A DNA stretch of 64,000 bases from an uncultured delta proteobacterium (GTDB lineage: Bacteria > Desulfobacterota > WTBG01), in contig CAWCBP010000014.1 in the NCBI GenBank assembly GCA_963793865.1, positions 256,001 through 320,000 on the forward strand, written 5' to 3'. The notes under the pieces were generated by a model that was not told the DNA's origin, made no database searches, and was given only the letters and a program-made list of their open reading frames with translations. The stretch's first letter is position 1, and every line of letters begins with the position of its first letter. The position numbers were made by a program, and so were the translations under genes. Shown piece after piece: positions 42,164 through 53,400 of this stretch.

Positions 42164-44074
42164 ATGCGTGAGACAATGAAGCGAAAGAAGGATGTGAGAG
42201 TCTATTTTATCGGGGCGGGGCCCGGCGATCCGGAACTCCTGACCGTCAAAGGGAGACGCATCATCAGCAAGGCGGATGTGATTATCTATGCCGGCTCCCT
42301 GATACATCCCCGCATCGTGTCCCTGAAGAAAAAGGGGGCCGCCTCGTATGACAGCGCCTCCATGAACCTTCGTGAGATGCTGTCTATCATGGTACGGGAA
42401 GCAGGGCGCGGAAGGACGATAGCCCGTATACATTCCGGCGATCCCGCGCTGTACGGCGCCATCCGGGAGCAGATGATTCGCCTTGAGAGAAAGAAGATTC
42501 CCTACGAGGTCATTCCCGGTGTGAGTTCGGTTTTTGCGGCTGCCGCTGCCTTGAAACGGGAGCTTACGGTGCCGGAGCTGGCGCAGAGCGTGATCCTCAC
42601 CCGGGTGAGCGGGCGGACCACGGTGCCGGACCGGGAGTCGTTGACCAGGCTTGCCCGGTCGCAGTCCACCATGGCCATTTTTCTGAGCGCCGATCAGATT
42701 GAAAGGGTGGCAAAAGAACTGCGCACAGCCTACCCTGCGGCTACCCCGGTGGCGGTAGTATACCGGGCAAGCTGGCCTGACGAGAAGATCATCACCGGGA
42801 CGCTGGCAACCATCGCCTCCCGGGTGAAGAGAGCGGCCATCACGCGCCATGCGCTGATACTGGTGGGCAGGGCGCTGGGCGACGAGAAAACCGGATCGCC
42901 GTCTTCAAAGCTCTATGATGAAACGTTTACCCACGGCTTCAGGGAGGCCGGGGACGGCAGGCGGGGGAAGCTGGCGGTCCTGGCATTGACCAGGCAGGGC
43001 GCCGGGCTTGGCAGGGTCATCGCTCAGGGGCTGCCCGGCGCTCACCTGTATGTGCCGGCCGGGCTGCGCGTGAGAGCCGCCGGGGTGAGGGCGTTTAACC
43101 AGGACCTGCCCGCCGTGTTTGCCCGACTGACACGTGATTACAGCGGGATCATCTGCGTCATGGCTGCAGGGATTGTGGTGAGGACCATCAGCCCGTTCCT
43201 TGCACACAAGGCCAGTGATCCGGCAGTGGTGGTGATTGATGAGAAGGGGCGGTTTGCCGTAAGCCTGGTCGCCGGACACCTGGGCGGGGCGAATGAACTG
43301 GCTTCGAGAGTTGCCGCCCTTACCGGCGGGGAGCCGGTGATAACCACCGCCACCGATGTGCAGGGAGTGTTTGCCCTGGACCTTCTGGCAAAACGGCTCA
43401 AGTGCAGGGGACTGGATTTTGCCATGCTTAAGAAATGCAGCTATGACCTGCTGCACGGGAAGAAGGTTGGCGTATACCCCGCGATACTGAAATCAGCCAT
43501 CCCCGCGGGTGAGCAGCGCGGCATCAGGTTTTACAAATCAATACAGCGATTGCTTGCCTCCCGCTGCCACTGCAAGGTGGTGGTGAATAACCGGGCAATT
43601 GCAGCCGGCGCACGGGGCAAAAAAAGCGGTGCGGTTATTCATCTGCGGCCCGGGAATCTGGTGGTGGGTATCGGCTGCAACCGGCACACACCGTACGGTG
43701 AGATTGAGGATGCAGTGACCGGGTGCCTGGAACGCGCCGGATGCTCACTTCAGTCCGTGTCGCGGATCGCGACCGTTTCCAACAAGGCTGATGAAAGAGG
43801 TCTTCTGACGTTTGTGCGCAATCACGGCTTCGCGCTCGACGTGTTTTCGCCCGCGCGCCTGAACCGCGTTCCCTGTCCCACGCCGTACTCGCCACATGTC
43901 ATGAAAGCGGTGGGGAGCGGGGGGGTGTGTGAACCGGCGGCGCTTCTGAGCGCCGGGGTCAAGAATTTGCTCTGTCCCAAGCAGAAGAAAGGCAATGTGA
44001 CAGTGGCCGTCGCCGAGATACCGCTGGAGCGGATGCTGGAAGAGGGAAGCGGGGAGGGAGTGAAGCCCAAATGA
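42164..44074 (+). CDS. cbiF: Fused cobalt-precorrin-4 C11-methyltransferase (CbiF/CobM) and cobalt-precorrin-5A hydrolase (CbiG)
   Basis: VYFIGAGPGDPELLTVKG, RIHSGDP.LYG and SKLYD..FTH (CbiF); MAAGIVVR..K..DPAVVVIDE.G.F..GHLGGAN..TTATD, GIGC and GVCEPAA (CbiG). Confidence 0.92.
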   Translation: MRETMKRKKDVRVYFIGAGPGDPELLTVKGRRIISKADVIIYAGSLIHPRIVSLKKKGAASYDSASMNLREMLSIMVREAGRGRTIARIHSGDPALYGAIREQMIRLERKKIPYEVIPGVSSVFAAAAALKRELTVPELAQSVILTRVSGRTTVPDRESLTRLARSQSTMAIFLSADQIERVAKELRTAYPAATPVAVVYRASWPDEKIITGTLATIASRVKRAAITRHALILVGRALGDEKTGSPSSKLYDETFTHGFREAGDGRRGKLAVLALTRQGAGLGRVIAQGLPGAHLYVPAGLRVRAAGVRAFNQDLPAVFARLTRDYSGIICVMAAGIVVRTISPFLAHKASDPAVVVIDEKGRFAVSLVAGHLGGANELASRVAALTGGEPVITTATDVQGVFALDLLAKRLKCRGLDFAMLKKCSYDLLHGKKVGVYPAILKSAIPAGEQRGIRFYKSIQRLLASRCHCKVVVNNRAIAAGARGKKSGAVIHLRPGNLVVGIGCNRHTPYGEIEDAVTGCLERAGCSLQSVSRIATVSNKADERGLLTFVRNHGFALDVFSPARLNRVPCPTPYSPHVMKAVGSGGVCEPAALLSAGVKNLLCPKQKKGNVTVAVAEIPLERMLEEGSGEGVKPK

Positions 44075-44293
44075 CAAAGTTCAAATGACAAATGAAAACA
44101 GACAAATTCCAAATGACAAAGAGCTCGGGAAGATACATTCAACACACAAAACTCTACATCTTCATCAAATTCTAATGACCATAAACCGTTCCGGTAGGAG
44201 CGGCTTTTAGCCGCGAACGTAACCCGGGGTTTGGAACATTTGACATTTGGATTTGGGATTTGTTTGGGATTTAGTGCTTGGGATTTTGAAATT
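44067..44293. repeat. Imperfect heptamer-type low-complexity inverted repeat tract with a REP (44191-44217) inserted between the arms
   Basis: CAAATGA(CAAA) units at 44067-44121; TTTGG(G)AT units at 44229-44293; CCGGTAGGAGCGGCTTTTAGCCGCGAA between them. Confidence 0.65.
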
Positions 44294-44347
44294 GTATCTT
44301 GTTAAAAGCAACGAGACTGCCGTTAACCCTCATCGGACTACTGCCAC

Positions 44348-45106
44348 ATGAAACTTGGCAAACCCTCAAAAGGCATTCTCTTCCTGGTGGGCATCGGTCC
44401 CGGTGACCACAGGGATATGACCGCCCGCGCCATTGCGGTGCTGAGAAACTGCGATGCCGTGGCCGGCTACAGCCGCTATATTGACCTGGTAGCGCCCTTC
44501 ATTGAGGGGAAGGAGGTGATTTCCTCAGGCATGTCCGGGGAAATCGAGCGCTGTTCACGGGCAATTGCCGCGGCCTGCGGCGGGAAGAACGTGGCGCTCA
44601 TATCCAGCGGGGATTCCGGCGTGTACGGCATGGCGGGCCTGGCGCTGCAGCTGCTGGCGAAGAAAAAGCTCCGGCGGAAGATTGCGGTCGAGGTTGTTCC
44701 GGGGGTCCCGGTCATCAATGCCGCGGCGGCCCGCTTCGGTGCCCCGCTGATGAATGACTACGCGGTCATTTCCTTAAGCGACCTCCTGACCCCCTGGGAG
44801 GTCATTGTAAAGCGGCTCACCCATGCGGCACAGTCCGACATGGTCATCTGCCTCTACAACCCCAAAAGTGCGAAAAGGAACCGGCAGATTAAAGAGGCGC
44901 AGTCGCTGCTGCTCACCTGCCGGGGAAAGAACACACCGGTCGGCATCGCGCGGAATCTCGGAAGGAAGGGAGAATCGGTGAGGCTCACCACGTTAGGGCG
45001 AATGCTCCGCTGCAGGATTGATATGCTGACCGTGATCATCATCGGCAACAGCAGCACCACCCTTTGCGACCAGGCCATGATAACCCCCCGGGGCTACAGA
45101 CTATAG
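44348..45106 (+). CDS. cobJ: Precorrin-3B C17-methyltransferase (CbiH/CobJ)
   Basis: VGIGPG, SSGDSGVYGMAG, GAPLMND..ISLSDLLTPW, LYNPKS and ITPRGY. Confidence 0.95.
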   Translation: MKLGKPSKGILFLVGIGPGDHRDMTARAIAVLRNCDAVAGYSRYIDLVAPFIEGKEVISSGMSGEIERCSRAIAAACGGKNVALISSGDSGVYGMAGLALQLLAKKKLRRKIAVEVVPGVPVINAAAARFGAPLMNDYAVISLSDLLTPWEVIVKRLTHAAQSDMVICLYNPKSAKRNRQIKEAQSLLLTCRGKNTPVGIARNLGRKGESVRLTTLGRMLRCRIDMLTVIIIGNSSTTLCDQAMITPRGYRL

Positions 45107-45135
45107 GTGCAGTTATTTGTAATGGCAGCTCCGGG

Positions 45136-45885
45136 TTATATCTGGCTGGTGCTGAACAGCAGCGTCCCTATGAGGGTGGTAACTGCCCCGAAAACAGTCA
45201 GGGCACAAAGGCTTATCCAGATGGGAAAGGCAGCGGTATTAACCAGGCAGAAGCGGAGGGCATCCACCCCGTAGGTCAGCGGATCCACATACACCAGCCA
45301 CTTGAGCCACTCCGGCAGCCGGTCGAGGGGAAAAAATGCCCCGGAGAGAAAGAAAACCGGCATTATTACGAAATTCATGATCAGGGAAAACCCGTGGAAG
45401 TCCTTCATGCGGCTTGAAAAGGCTATGCCCAGGAGCACGAATCCCACGGCTATCAGCACCATTACCGTGATCAGAAGCGCAAATTTTGCGGGGCCGGGAA
45501 AGGGGATGCCCATTGCAAAGCAGACTGCCAGGAAAAGCAGCGCCTGAGCCATGGAAGTGGTTACCCCGCCCAGGGCCTTGCCGAGAATAATGGATGTCCG
45601 GGAGATGGGCGCGACCAGGATTTCTTTCAGAAAGCCGAACTGCCTGTCCCAGATGATCATAATCCCGAAGGAGATGGATGAGAAGAGCAGCACCATGCCG
45701 ATCATCCCCGGCGCCAGAAATTCACTGTACTTTAAACCGCCCATGGTAAACACGGGGTTGAGGCCGCTGCCGATGATGATCAGGATGAGGGAGGGAAAGG
45801 CAAGGCTTCCGATGATCCTGCTTTTCGAGCGCAGAAAGCGCTTGATTTCCCTCAGCCAGAGTATGTAAACCGCGTCCAGATTCAT
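45136..45885 (-). CDS. ABC-2 type permease (DrrB-like)
   Basis: FLAPGMI, DRQFGFLKEILVAPISR, FLSGAFFP and PLTYGVDALR. Confidence 0.9.
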   Translation of the reverse strand: MNLDAVYILWLREIKRFLRSKSRIIGSLAFPSLILIIIGSGLNPVFTMGGLKYSEFLAPGMIGMVLLFSSISFGIMIIWDRQFGFLKEILVAPISRTSIILGKALGGVTTSMAQALLFLAVCFAMGIPFPGPAKFALLITVMVLIAVGFVLLGIAFSSRMKDFHGFSLIMNFVIMPVFFLSGAFFPLDRLPEWLKWLVYVDPLTYGVDALRFCLVNTAAFPIWISLCALTVFGAVTTLIGTLLFSTSQI

Positions 45886-46859
45886 CGCTCCCTGCTCCTT
45901 CTTCTGATTCGAATGTCCTCGGCCCAGCTGGATTCCTCTTCCCGGATGGTTTTCCCGGTGAAGTGCAGGAAGACATCCTCCAGGGTGGGCTTGTGGATGG
46001 TGACGGATTCAATGTTTATTGACTGTGCCTGGGCGATGCTCATAAGAGAGGAGAGCTTTTGATCCGCCTCATCGACGGTGAGGTGAACGACGCCGTCGCG
46101 CCGGATGACCGTTTTTATCCAGGGCTCCACGGGGTGAAAGTCGTCGTCTGTCTTGACCGAGATGACTTCACCCCCCACATTCCTTTTAAGCTGCGCGGGG
46201 GTATCTATGGCGGCAATTTTGCCCCGGTCGATGATGGCTACCCGGTTGCAGAGCGTATCCGCTTCATCCATGTAGTGGGTGGTCAGGATAATGGTGATGC
46301 GGGTGGTGCTGTTCAACTTCCGTATGTATTCCCAGATGTGTCTCCTGGTCTGGGGATCGAGCCCCAGGGTGGGTTCATCAAGAAAAAGCACCCGGGGCTG
46401 GTGGAGCAGCCCGCGGGCAATCTCCAGGCGTCTCTTCATGCCGCCGGAAAAATTTTTGACCAGGATGCCTTTCTTGTCGGTCAGCTCAACCAGGCTGAGG
46501 AGCTCCTGCATTTTTTCCTTCCTGGTGTCCCGGCCTATGTGATACAGCCGCCCGTGCAGGTCTAGGTTTTCGAAGGCGGTGAGCTGGTCATCCAGGCTTG
46601 GATCCTGGAAGACAATCCCTATGCTCCTGCGCACGGCATCCTTTTCCCTCCGCACATCATGGCCGCACACGGTGGCCGTCCCCGATGTGGGCTTCAGCAG
46701 GGTGCACAGGATGTTTAAGATGGTGGTTTTGCCCGCCCCGTTGGGACCGAGCAGGCCGAAGATTTCCCCCTCGTTGATGGCCAGGGTTACGCCGTCTACT
46801 GCCTTGACTTCCTTGAAGTATTTTTTTAAATCCCGAAGCTCAATAACCGGAGCACTCAT
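45882..46859 (-). CDS. ABC-2 type ATP-binding protein (DrrA-like)
   Basis: GPNGAGKTT, FSGGMKRRLE, LDEPTLGLDP and PTLEDVFL; start taken at MSAPV. Confidence 0.92.
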   Translation of the reverse strand: MSAPVIELRDLKKYFKEVKAVDGVTLAINEGEIFGLLGPNGAGKTTILNILCTLLKPTSGTATVCGHDVRREKDAVRRSIGIVFQDPSLDDQLTAFENLDLHGRLYHIGRDTRKEKMQELLSLVELTDKKGILVKNFSGGMKRRLEIARGLLHQPRVLFLDEPTLGLDPQTRRHIWEYIRKLNSTTRITIILTTHYMDEADTLCNRVAIIDRGKIAAIDTPAQLKRNVGGEVISVKTDDDFHPVEPWIKTVIRRDGVVHLTVDEADQKLSSLMSIAQAQSINIESVTIHKPTLEDVFLHFTGKTIREEESSWAEDIRIRRRSRER

Positions 46860-46940
46860 AGCGGCACGCGAGGGTGAAAGTAAAAGGTTTAGATTATTAC
46901 AGGCCCGAATCTGAGAATTTTCTCTCAGAAACATTGGCAC

Positions 46941-47006
46941 CCGGTAGGAGCGGCTTTAAGCCGCGAATTATCGCGCCTGAAGGCGCTCCTATCGAAATTT
47001 CAGATA
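46941..47006. repeat. GTAG-type REP doublet (inverted copy of 7312-7380)
   Basis: CCGGTAGGAGCGGCTTTAAGCCGCGAATTATCGCGCCTGAAGGCGCTCCTATCGAAATTTCAGATA. Confidence 0.85.
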
Positions 47007-47206
47007 CCTTTGTTTAGCAGTTCAGGCCAAACAACATGCACACACTAGCATAAACAAGGAATGCGGTTCAAGTGAAAAAGTGAAACCGGGCTTGACAATG
47101 ATATATGGTTAGTATAAAAACAGTTAGCGTACGAATTAAATTGATAGATGTACCGCGTACGATGAACCCGGGCAGGATTTGATGCTGCCGAAAAAGAGGA
47201 GGAGCC

Positions 47207-48847
47207 ATGCTTCACAAAAGAAAACACGGCCGGAAAAACACAGCAGGGTGTTTGGGAATAACCTTCGCTGCGGCAGCTCTGTGCATCTGCCTGGTGGCCA
47301 TGCCGTTGCCGGCATCAGCCCAGGATGCGCCGGTGCCGGACCTCATCCGCGTTGAAGGGAACGCCATCAAGCTTCCTCTGCAGAGCGTTATGATCCTCGC
47401 GCTGAAGAACAATCTGCAAATCGCCTTTCAGAGCCTGGCGCCGGACATTTCCGAGACGGAGATCATGCGCGAGGAATCGTTCTATGATCCCGACTTTTCG
47501 CTTCAGTACGGCAAGACCAGGAGCGTCCAGCAGGTGGGTAATTTCCTGACCGGTGCCGGCGCGGACAGCGTCTATCAGCAGGCCTGGGATCTGAAGATGG
47601 GTGTGATGAAGCAGTTTGTGACAGGCACGTCGGCAGAGCTCAAGTGGAACGCCACTGATTCGAAGACCGATTTCACCTTTCAGCAGCTGGTTCCCCAGTA
47701 CAAATCGGACCTTACCCTCAATCTCACCCAGCCGCTGCTCAAGGATTTCGGCATCGAGATCGGCGAGAGCATGATCAAAATCGCCAATCTTAACTTTGAA
47801 ATCTCCCAGTACGAGTTTAAAAACCAGGTCATGGAGATACTCAACGGGATTGAAAAATTCTACTGGTCGCTCTATTTCCAGATAAAGGATTATGAGGCGC
47901 GCCAGAAGTCCCTCAAGGCGGCCGAGGACCTGCTTCGGGAATTTAAAATCAGGATAGATGCCGGGACCCTTGCCCCCATTGAGATTTACCAGGCTGAGGC
48001 CGAGGTGGCGGAACGGAAGCAGGACCTGATCGTTGCGGCGGATCTGGTTAAGGACACCGAAGACCGCCTGAAAACATCCTTGAATTTTTACGATAAGCAG
48101 GAGTACTGGGATGTGGAGATCATTCCCGCCGACGACCCGCGTTCCGGTCCGGTCTCCGTGGATTTTACGCAAAGCCTTCAGGAAGCATTCACCTACCGTC
48201 CCGATTATATCCAGGCCAAGATGGATATAGAGGCTCGGAACATCATGGTTAAATACACCAAGAACCAGACGCTCCCCCGGGTAGACCTGTTCGGCACGCT
48301 CGGGACCATGGGGCTTGCCGGCCGCGGCAACCCTGATGCAGCCAGTATTGGCGGCGGGGGAGGGCTCGGCGGTAAAAAAAACCTTGCCGACACCCGATGG
48401 AATGATGTGGCGGACAGCATGGCTTCGGGCGATTACTATAATTATGCGGCCGGGGTGAAAATTCAATTTCCCTTCGGCAACCGTTTTGCAAAGAGCCAGT
48501 ATTCCAGGGCCAAGATCGAATCCGCCCGTGCTGCGACCTTATTGAAGGACGTGGAAAATAACGTCATCAATGATGTGAGAGGGGCGGTGCGGCAGATTGA
48601 TACCGACATAAAGCGGATTGAAGCGGCGCGGGCAACCATGCGGCTGGCCGATGAGCGATTGAAGGCCGAGGAGAAAAAGTACGCGGTGGGGCTTGCCACC
48701 ACCCACGATCTGCTGGAATTTCAGGATGAGCTGGCCAACGCCGAAAGCAGGTATGCATTTGCAAAGGCCGCGTATGAACAAAATCTGGCCGACCTTGCCA
48801 AGGTTAAAGGTGTGTTGCTCGAAACCTACAACATTACCATAGATTAA
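47207..48847 (+). CDS. TolC family outer-membrane efflux protein
   Basis: GAGGAGG RBS; signal peptide; ALKNN; LTQPLL; LPRVDL; AEEKKY.VG.AT..DLL..Q..L..A; first gene of an RND operon. Confidence 0.88.
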   Translation: MLHKRKHGRKNTAGCLGITFAAAALCICLVAMPLPASAQDAPVPDLIRVEGNAIKLPLQSVMILALKNNLQIAFQSLAPDISETEIMREESFYDPDFSLQYGKTRSVQQVGNFLTGAGADSVYQQAWDLKMGVMKQFVTGTSAELKWNATDSKTDFTFQQLVPQYKSDLTLNLTQPLLKDFGIEIGESMIKIANLNFEISQYEFKNQVMEILNGIEKFYWSLYFQIKDYEARQKSLKAAEDLLREFKIRIDAGTLAPIEIYQAEAEVAERKQDLIVAADLVKDTEDRLKTSLNFYDKQEYWDVEIIPADDPRSGPVSVDFTQSLQEAFTYRPDYIQAKMDIEARNIMVKYTKNQTLPRVDLFGTLGTMGLAGRGNPDAASIGGGGGLGGKKNLADTRWNDVADSMASGDYYNYAAGVKIQFPFGNRFAKSQYSRAKIESARAATLLKDVENNVINDVRGAVRQIDTDIKRIEAARATMRLADERLKAEEKKYAVGLATTHDLLEFQDELANAESRYAFAKAAYEQNLADLAKVKGVLLETYNITID

Positions 48848-48853
48848 CCACAT

Positions 48854-49327
48854 ATGGCGGCAACGGACAAAAAATCCCTGAGAATATCGGAATTTGATAA
48901 AACCGATCAGCTCATGGCCCGGCTTCACCGGTCATTGCGGCGGAACTACGACCGGCAGCTTAAAAGCTTCGGACTGACCCCCTGTCAGTTTGAGGTGCTC
49001 TTGACCCTCTGGTCGGAGGACGGCATCGTGCTCGGTGAACTGCGCCGTCGGGTATCGCGGGACGGCCCGACCATCACCGGGGTGGTGGACAGGATGGAGA
49101 AAAAAATGCTGGTTAAGCGGATGCGGGATTCTCATGACCGCAGGGTGGTGAAGGTGCATCTCACCTCCAAAGGGGAAAACATGAAGGAAGAACTTTCGAG
49201 AACCAAGAAGCTGGTCATAGAGAAGATCACAAAAAGTCTTTCATTGAAGGAAATGAACTCGCTGGTCGTCCTGATGGAAAAAATGATGCGCAATGTGGAG
49301 CGCGAAGGGCTCGTGCACTGGCGGTAA
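48854..49327 (+). CDS. MarR family transcriptional regulator
   Basis: GLTPCQF.VL, TITGVVDRME and DRRVVKVHLT.KG. Confidence 0.92.
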   Translation: MAATDKKSLRISEFDKTDQLMARLHRSLRRNYDRQLKSFGLTPCQFEVLLTLWSEDGIVLGELRRRVSRDGPTITGVVDRMEKKMLVKRMRDSHDRRVVKVHLTSKGENMKEELSRTKKLVIEKITKSLSLKEMNSLVVLMEKMMRNVEREGLVHWR

Positions 49328-49352
49328 ACAGGAGGGAGGTTAAAGGTTTTCC

Positions 49353-50456
49353 ATGAGAATGAAACTGATTGTAGCACTGGTCATAGGTATCATCGTGGCA
49401 GCGGTGCTGTTCATGCGGGGGAAGGACACGCACAATGCAGAATCCGTCCCGGGCACCGCGGAACAGGCCAAAAATTTCCCGGTCGAGGTCGCCAAGCCGG
49501 TTTTTGAGGAGGTTGAGCACACCCTGGATGCGGTCGGGAGCTTCTTTCCCGAGGACGAGGTGACTGTCGGCTCAGAGGTGGACGGCATCATCAAACGGCT
49601 GCTGGTGGATGAGGGGTCCACGGTTAAGCAGGGTGACCTGCTGCTGGAGATAGACGATGAAAAGCTCCGCCTGGAAGTGGAAGAGAGCGAAGCCATGCTC
49701 AGAGAGGGACGGGCCAGGCTCGAGCACTCGCAGGCCACCTTCAAGCGCATGAACAGCCTTTTTGACCAGGGGGTTATCGGTCAGCAGGAGCTTGATGACG
49801 CCAGGAACCAGGAACTCATGAACCGGGCAGGGCTGGAAAACACCCAGGCCAAACTCTCCAGGTTTAAAAAGGAGCTTGGCGACACCAGGGTGCTTGCGCC
49901 CATGGACGGCGTGGTAAGCGAGCGGATGGTTTCGGCAGGTGAGTATGTGAAGACAGGGGCATCTCTTTTCAAGATCGTGGATGCCAATCCGCTCAAGCTT
50001 GCCTTCACCCTGCCGGAAAAAAACACCGGTGCGATCAGGACAGGACAAAAAGTCCGGGTCACCACCAGGGTCTATGCGGATCAAATGTTTGAGGGGGAGG
50101 TTTATTTTATTAATCCCAAGGTGGAAGCGGAAACCCGGACCATTGAAGTAAAGGCCCGGGTTGATAACAGCGAATACAAACTGCGGCCCGGCTACTTTGT
50201 GGATGTGAAGGTCCTGCTGGGAAGGCAAAGGTCCCTTGTCCTGCCCGAGAGCGCGGTTCTGGTAAGGGAAGGAAGTGTCGTGGTCATGGCGGTAGCAGGG
50301 GGGGTCATATCATACAAGAGGGTTGCACCCGGCGTGCGCTTCAGCGGAAAAGTGGAAATTCTTGAAGGCATTACACCGGAGGACGACATTGTTGTTTCCG
50401 GCCGGAGTGAAATAACCGAGGGGACCAGGGTTACCATCGTCTCCTCGCCGTCGTAG
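49353..50456 (+). CDS. RND efflux periplasmic adaptor subunit
   Basis: N-terminal TM, VDEGSTVKQGDLL, APMDG and LRPGYF. Confidence 0.9.
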   Translation: MRMKLIVALVIGIIVAAVLFMRGKDTHNAESVPGTAEQAKNFPVEVAKPVFEEVEHTLDAVGSFFPEDEVTVGSEVDGIIKRLLVDEGSTVKQGDLLLEIDDEKLRLEVEESEAMLREGRARLEHSQATFKRMNSLFDQGVIGQQELDDARNQELMNRAGLENTQAKLSRFKKELGDTRVLAPMDGVVSERMVSAGEYVKTGASLFKIVDANPLKLAFTLPEKNTGAIRTGQKVRVTTRVYADQMFEGEVYFINPKVEAETRTIEVKARVDNSEYKLRPGYFVDVKVLLGRQRSLVLPESAVLVREGSVVVMAVAGGVISYKRVAPGVRFSGKVEILEGITPEDDIVVSGRSEITEGTRVTIVSSPS

Positions 50457-50465
50457 GAGGGCAGG

Positions 50466-53400
50466 GTGTTTTTATCGGATATCTCCATACGCAGGCCGGT
50501 GTTTGCAACCATGATGGTGGGAAGCCTCGTCCTTTTCGGGCTCATCAGCAGGGGGCGGATGGGCGTGGCCCTCTACCCGGAGGTTGATTTTCCCAACGTC
50601 AGCATTACCACCACGCTGCAGGGCGCAAGCCCCGAAGTCACCGAGACGGAACTGACCGATCCCATTGAAGATGCCATCAGCTCTGTGGAAGGCATCAAGC
50701 ATATCAGCTCGGCCAATATGCAGGGGTTCTCGCAGGTAAAGGTGGAGTTTGACCTGGAGCGGGACATTGATACCGCGGCACAGGATATCCGCGATAAAAT
50801 TTCCCTGGCCAACCGCTATCTGCCCAAAGACAGTGATCCTCCCATCATCAACAAAGTGGACATGGCCGCACATCCCATCATCTGGGTTGCGGTAAACGGG
50901 GATGTGCCCCGGAAGCTCCTGGGGCAGACCGCCGATGAGGTTTTTAAGCCTTACGTGGAAACGCTGCGGGGTGTCGGATCCATCGTCATCGGCGGGCTGC
51001 AGGAGCGCGAAATGCGCATATGGCTCGATGCCAGGAAGATGGAGGCCTACCATATTACCGTCAGCGATGTGGAGGCGGCGCTGCAAAACAAGAACATCCA
51101 GGTTCCCGGAGGAAACATCGAAAGCGCCACCCGCGAGCTGTCGGTAAAAACCATGGGTGAGCTGGAAAGCGCGGATGCCTTCAACAGCCTCATCATTGCC
51201 TACCGGGAGGGATCGCCCATTCGCCTGCGGGACATCGGGTTTGCCGAGGACGGCGTTGCGGATCAGCGGTCGGTGGGGCGATTCCAGGGGGTCAACTCCA
51301 TCGGCATGGGCGTTGTGCCGCGGTCGGGGTCCAACCATGTGGAGGTGTGCAACCTGGTCAAGAAAACCATGGAGCAGCTCAAAAAAATCGCTCCTCCCGG
51401 CATCAACCTTGCGCATCGCCTTCGATTCGTCGGAATTTATCAAGAATGCCATTTCCGACGTGCAGTTCGACCTTCTTTTCGGCTCCTTTCTGGCATCGCT
51501 GGTGGTGTTCCTTTTCTTAAGAAACCTGGGAAGCACCATCATCATTGCCCTTGCCATTCCCGCCTCGCTCATCGGCGCCTTCAGCGTCATGTATGCCCTC
51601 GGGTTTACCATGAACAGCATGACCATGCTGGCGCTCAGCCTCTCCGTGGGTGAAGTGGTTGATGATGCCATAGTGGTCCTGGAAAACAGCTTCCGCCACG
51701 GGGAGATGGGGAAGGACCCGGTAACGGCCGCGCGCGAAGGGACCAACGAGGTTGCCTTTCCGGTCATCGCCTCGACGCTGGCTATTGTCGCTGTTTTTAT
51801 CCCGGTTGCCTTTATCCGCGGGCTTATCGGCCGGTTCTACTTTCAATTTGGTGTTACGGTTTCCGTCGCAATTCTTATTTCTCTTTTTGTGGCCTTTACC
51901 CTTACCCCCATGCTCTGTGCCCGCTTCCTGAATGCAAAAAAGAGGCACGGGCGCCTCTATAATTACCTGGAGGAAACTTTTTCAAAAATTGACGGCATGT
52001 ACCGGGAATCGCTGGCATGGAGTCTTAACCACCGTTTTCTGGTAATAGCTGTTGCTGTGGCTATTTTCATCGCCAGCCTGGGATTGTTTAAGATTCTTGG
52101 AAAAGAATTGGTTCAGAAAGAGGACCGCGATGATTTTGTGGTCAGGCTGGAGACGCCGGTGGGCACCTCCCTTGCCGTCAGCGATAAGAAGCTTGCCCAA
52201 TGTGAGTCGATCCTGAAGGAGATGCCCGAGGTGAAAAGCATTTTTGCCCTCATGGGCGCGGGGGGATTTACCTCCGTTACCAATAAGGGATTTATGTTTG
52301 TTCAGCTCACCGACAGCAGGGAGCGCACAAGAACGCAGGAAGAGATCATGTCTTACCTGAGGAAAGAGCTCAACCGGCTTTCAGGGATGGTCGCGTACGT
52401 TGAAGACATTGCTGCCATGGGCGGCGGGGGTATGGGAAGAAATGCCCCGCTCCAGTTCAGGATCAAGGGACCGGATATCATGAAGCTGGGTGAGATAGCG
52501 ACAACCGTTGTCGACCGCCTGAGGACCATTGAAGGCATTGTCGGCGTTGGCGCCGACATGGAACTCACCAAGCCGGAGGTGAGGGTGTATATCGACCGCG
52601 ATAAGGCGGGTGACCTGGGAGTGGATGTGAAGACCATTGCCTCTGCCATCAGCACCCTGATCGGGGGCAGGGAGGTATCGCAGTACCGGATCGGGGGTAA
52701 CAGCTATGACGTGCGGGTGCGCCTGATTCCGGAGCAGCGATCCATGTTCCAGGACATTAACAGTCTCTTGGTGCGGAACAGCGCGGGAGAGCTGCTGCGC
52801 TTGAGCAATGTGGTGGATGTGCGGGAAGAAATCGGCCCGGATGTGATCAACCGTCTTGACCGCCAGCGAAGTATCAACATATTTGCCGACCTTGAGGGGA
52901 AAACTCTGGGAGAGGTCATTGACCAGACCAAAAAAATTGTTGATGAAACCCTTCCGCCCGGCTATTCGATCACCTTCGCCGGCCAGGCGGAAACCATGGC
53001 GGAGACCTTTCAATCCATTATATTTGCGTTTTATGCTCACTATCATCATCACTTACATGGTGCTGGCATCCCAGTTTGAAAGCTTTATGCATCCCTTCAC
53101 CATCATGCTGGCGCTTCCCTTAAGCCTTATCGGCGCCCTCGGGACCTTGTTTATCATGGGGAGCACCATAAACCTCATGAGCCTTATCGGCATGCTCATG
53201 CTCATCGGTGTCGTGGTCAAGAACTCAATCCTGCTGGTGGATTATACCAACGTCCTGCGGGAGCGGGGCATGGAAATGAGGGAAGCGATACTCGAGGCCG
53301 GTCCGGTGAGACTCCGGCCCATCCTCATGACCGCCATCGCGACCATAGCCGGGGTGCTGCCCATTGCCCTGGGAGTTGGGGCCGGGAGTGAGTCCAGGGC

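Noticed and set aside
47315..51767. Long antisense ORFs (47315-48466, 50472-51767; similarly 38276-39214, 59846-60817, 61721-62701)
   Set aside because: They are shadows of well-supported opposite-strand genes in GC-rich DNA and contain no recognisable motifs.
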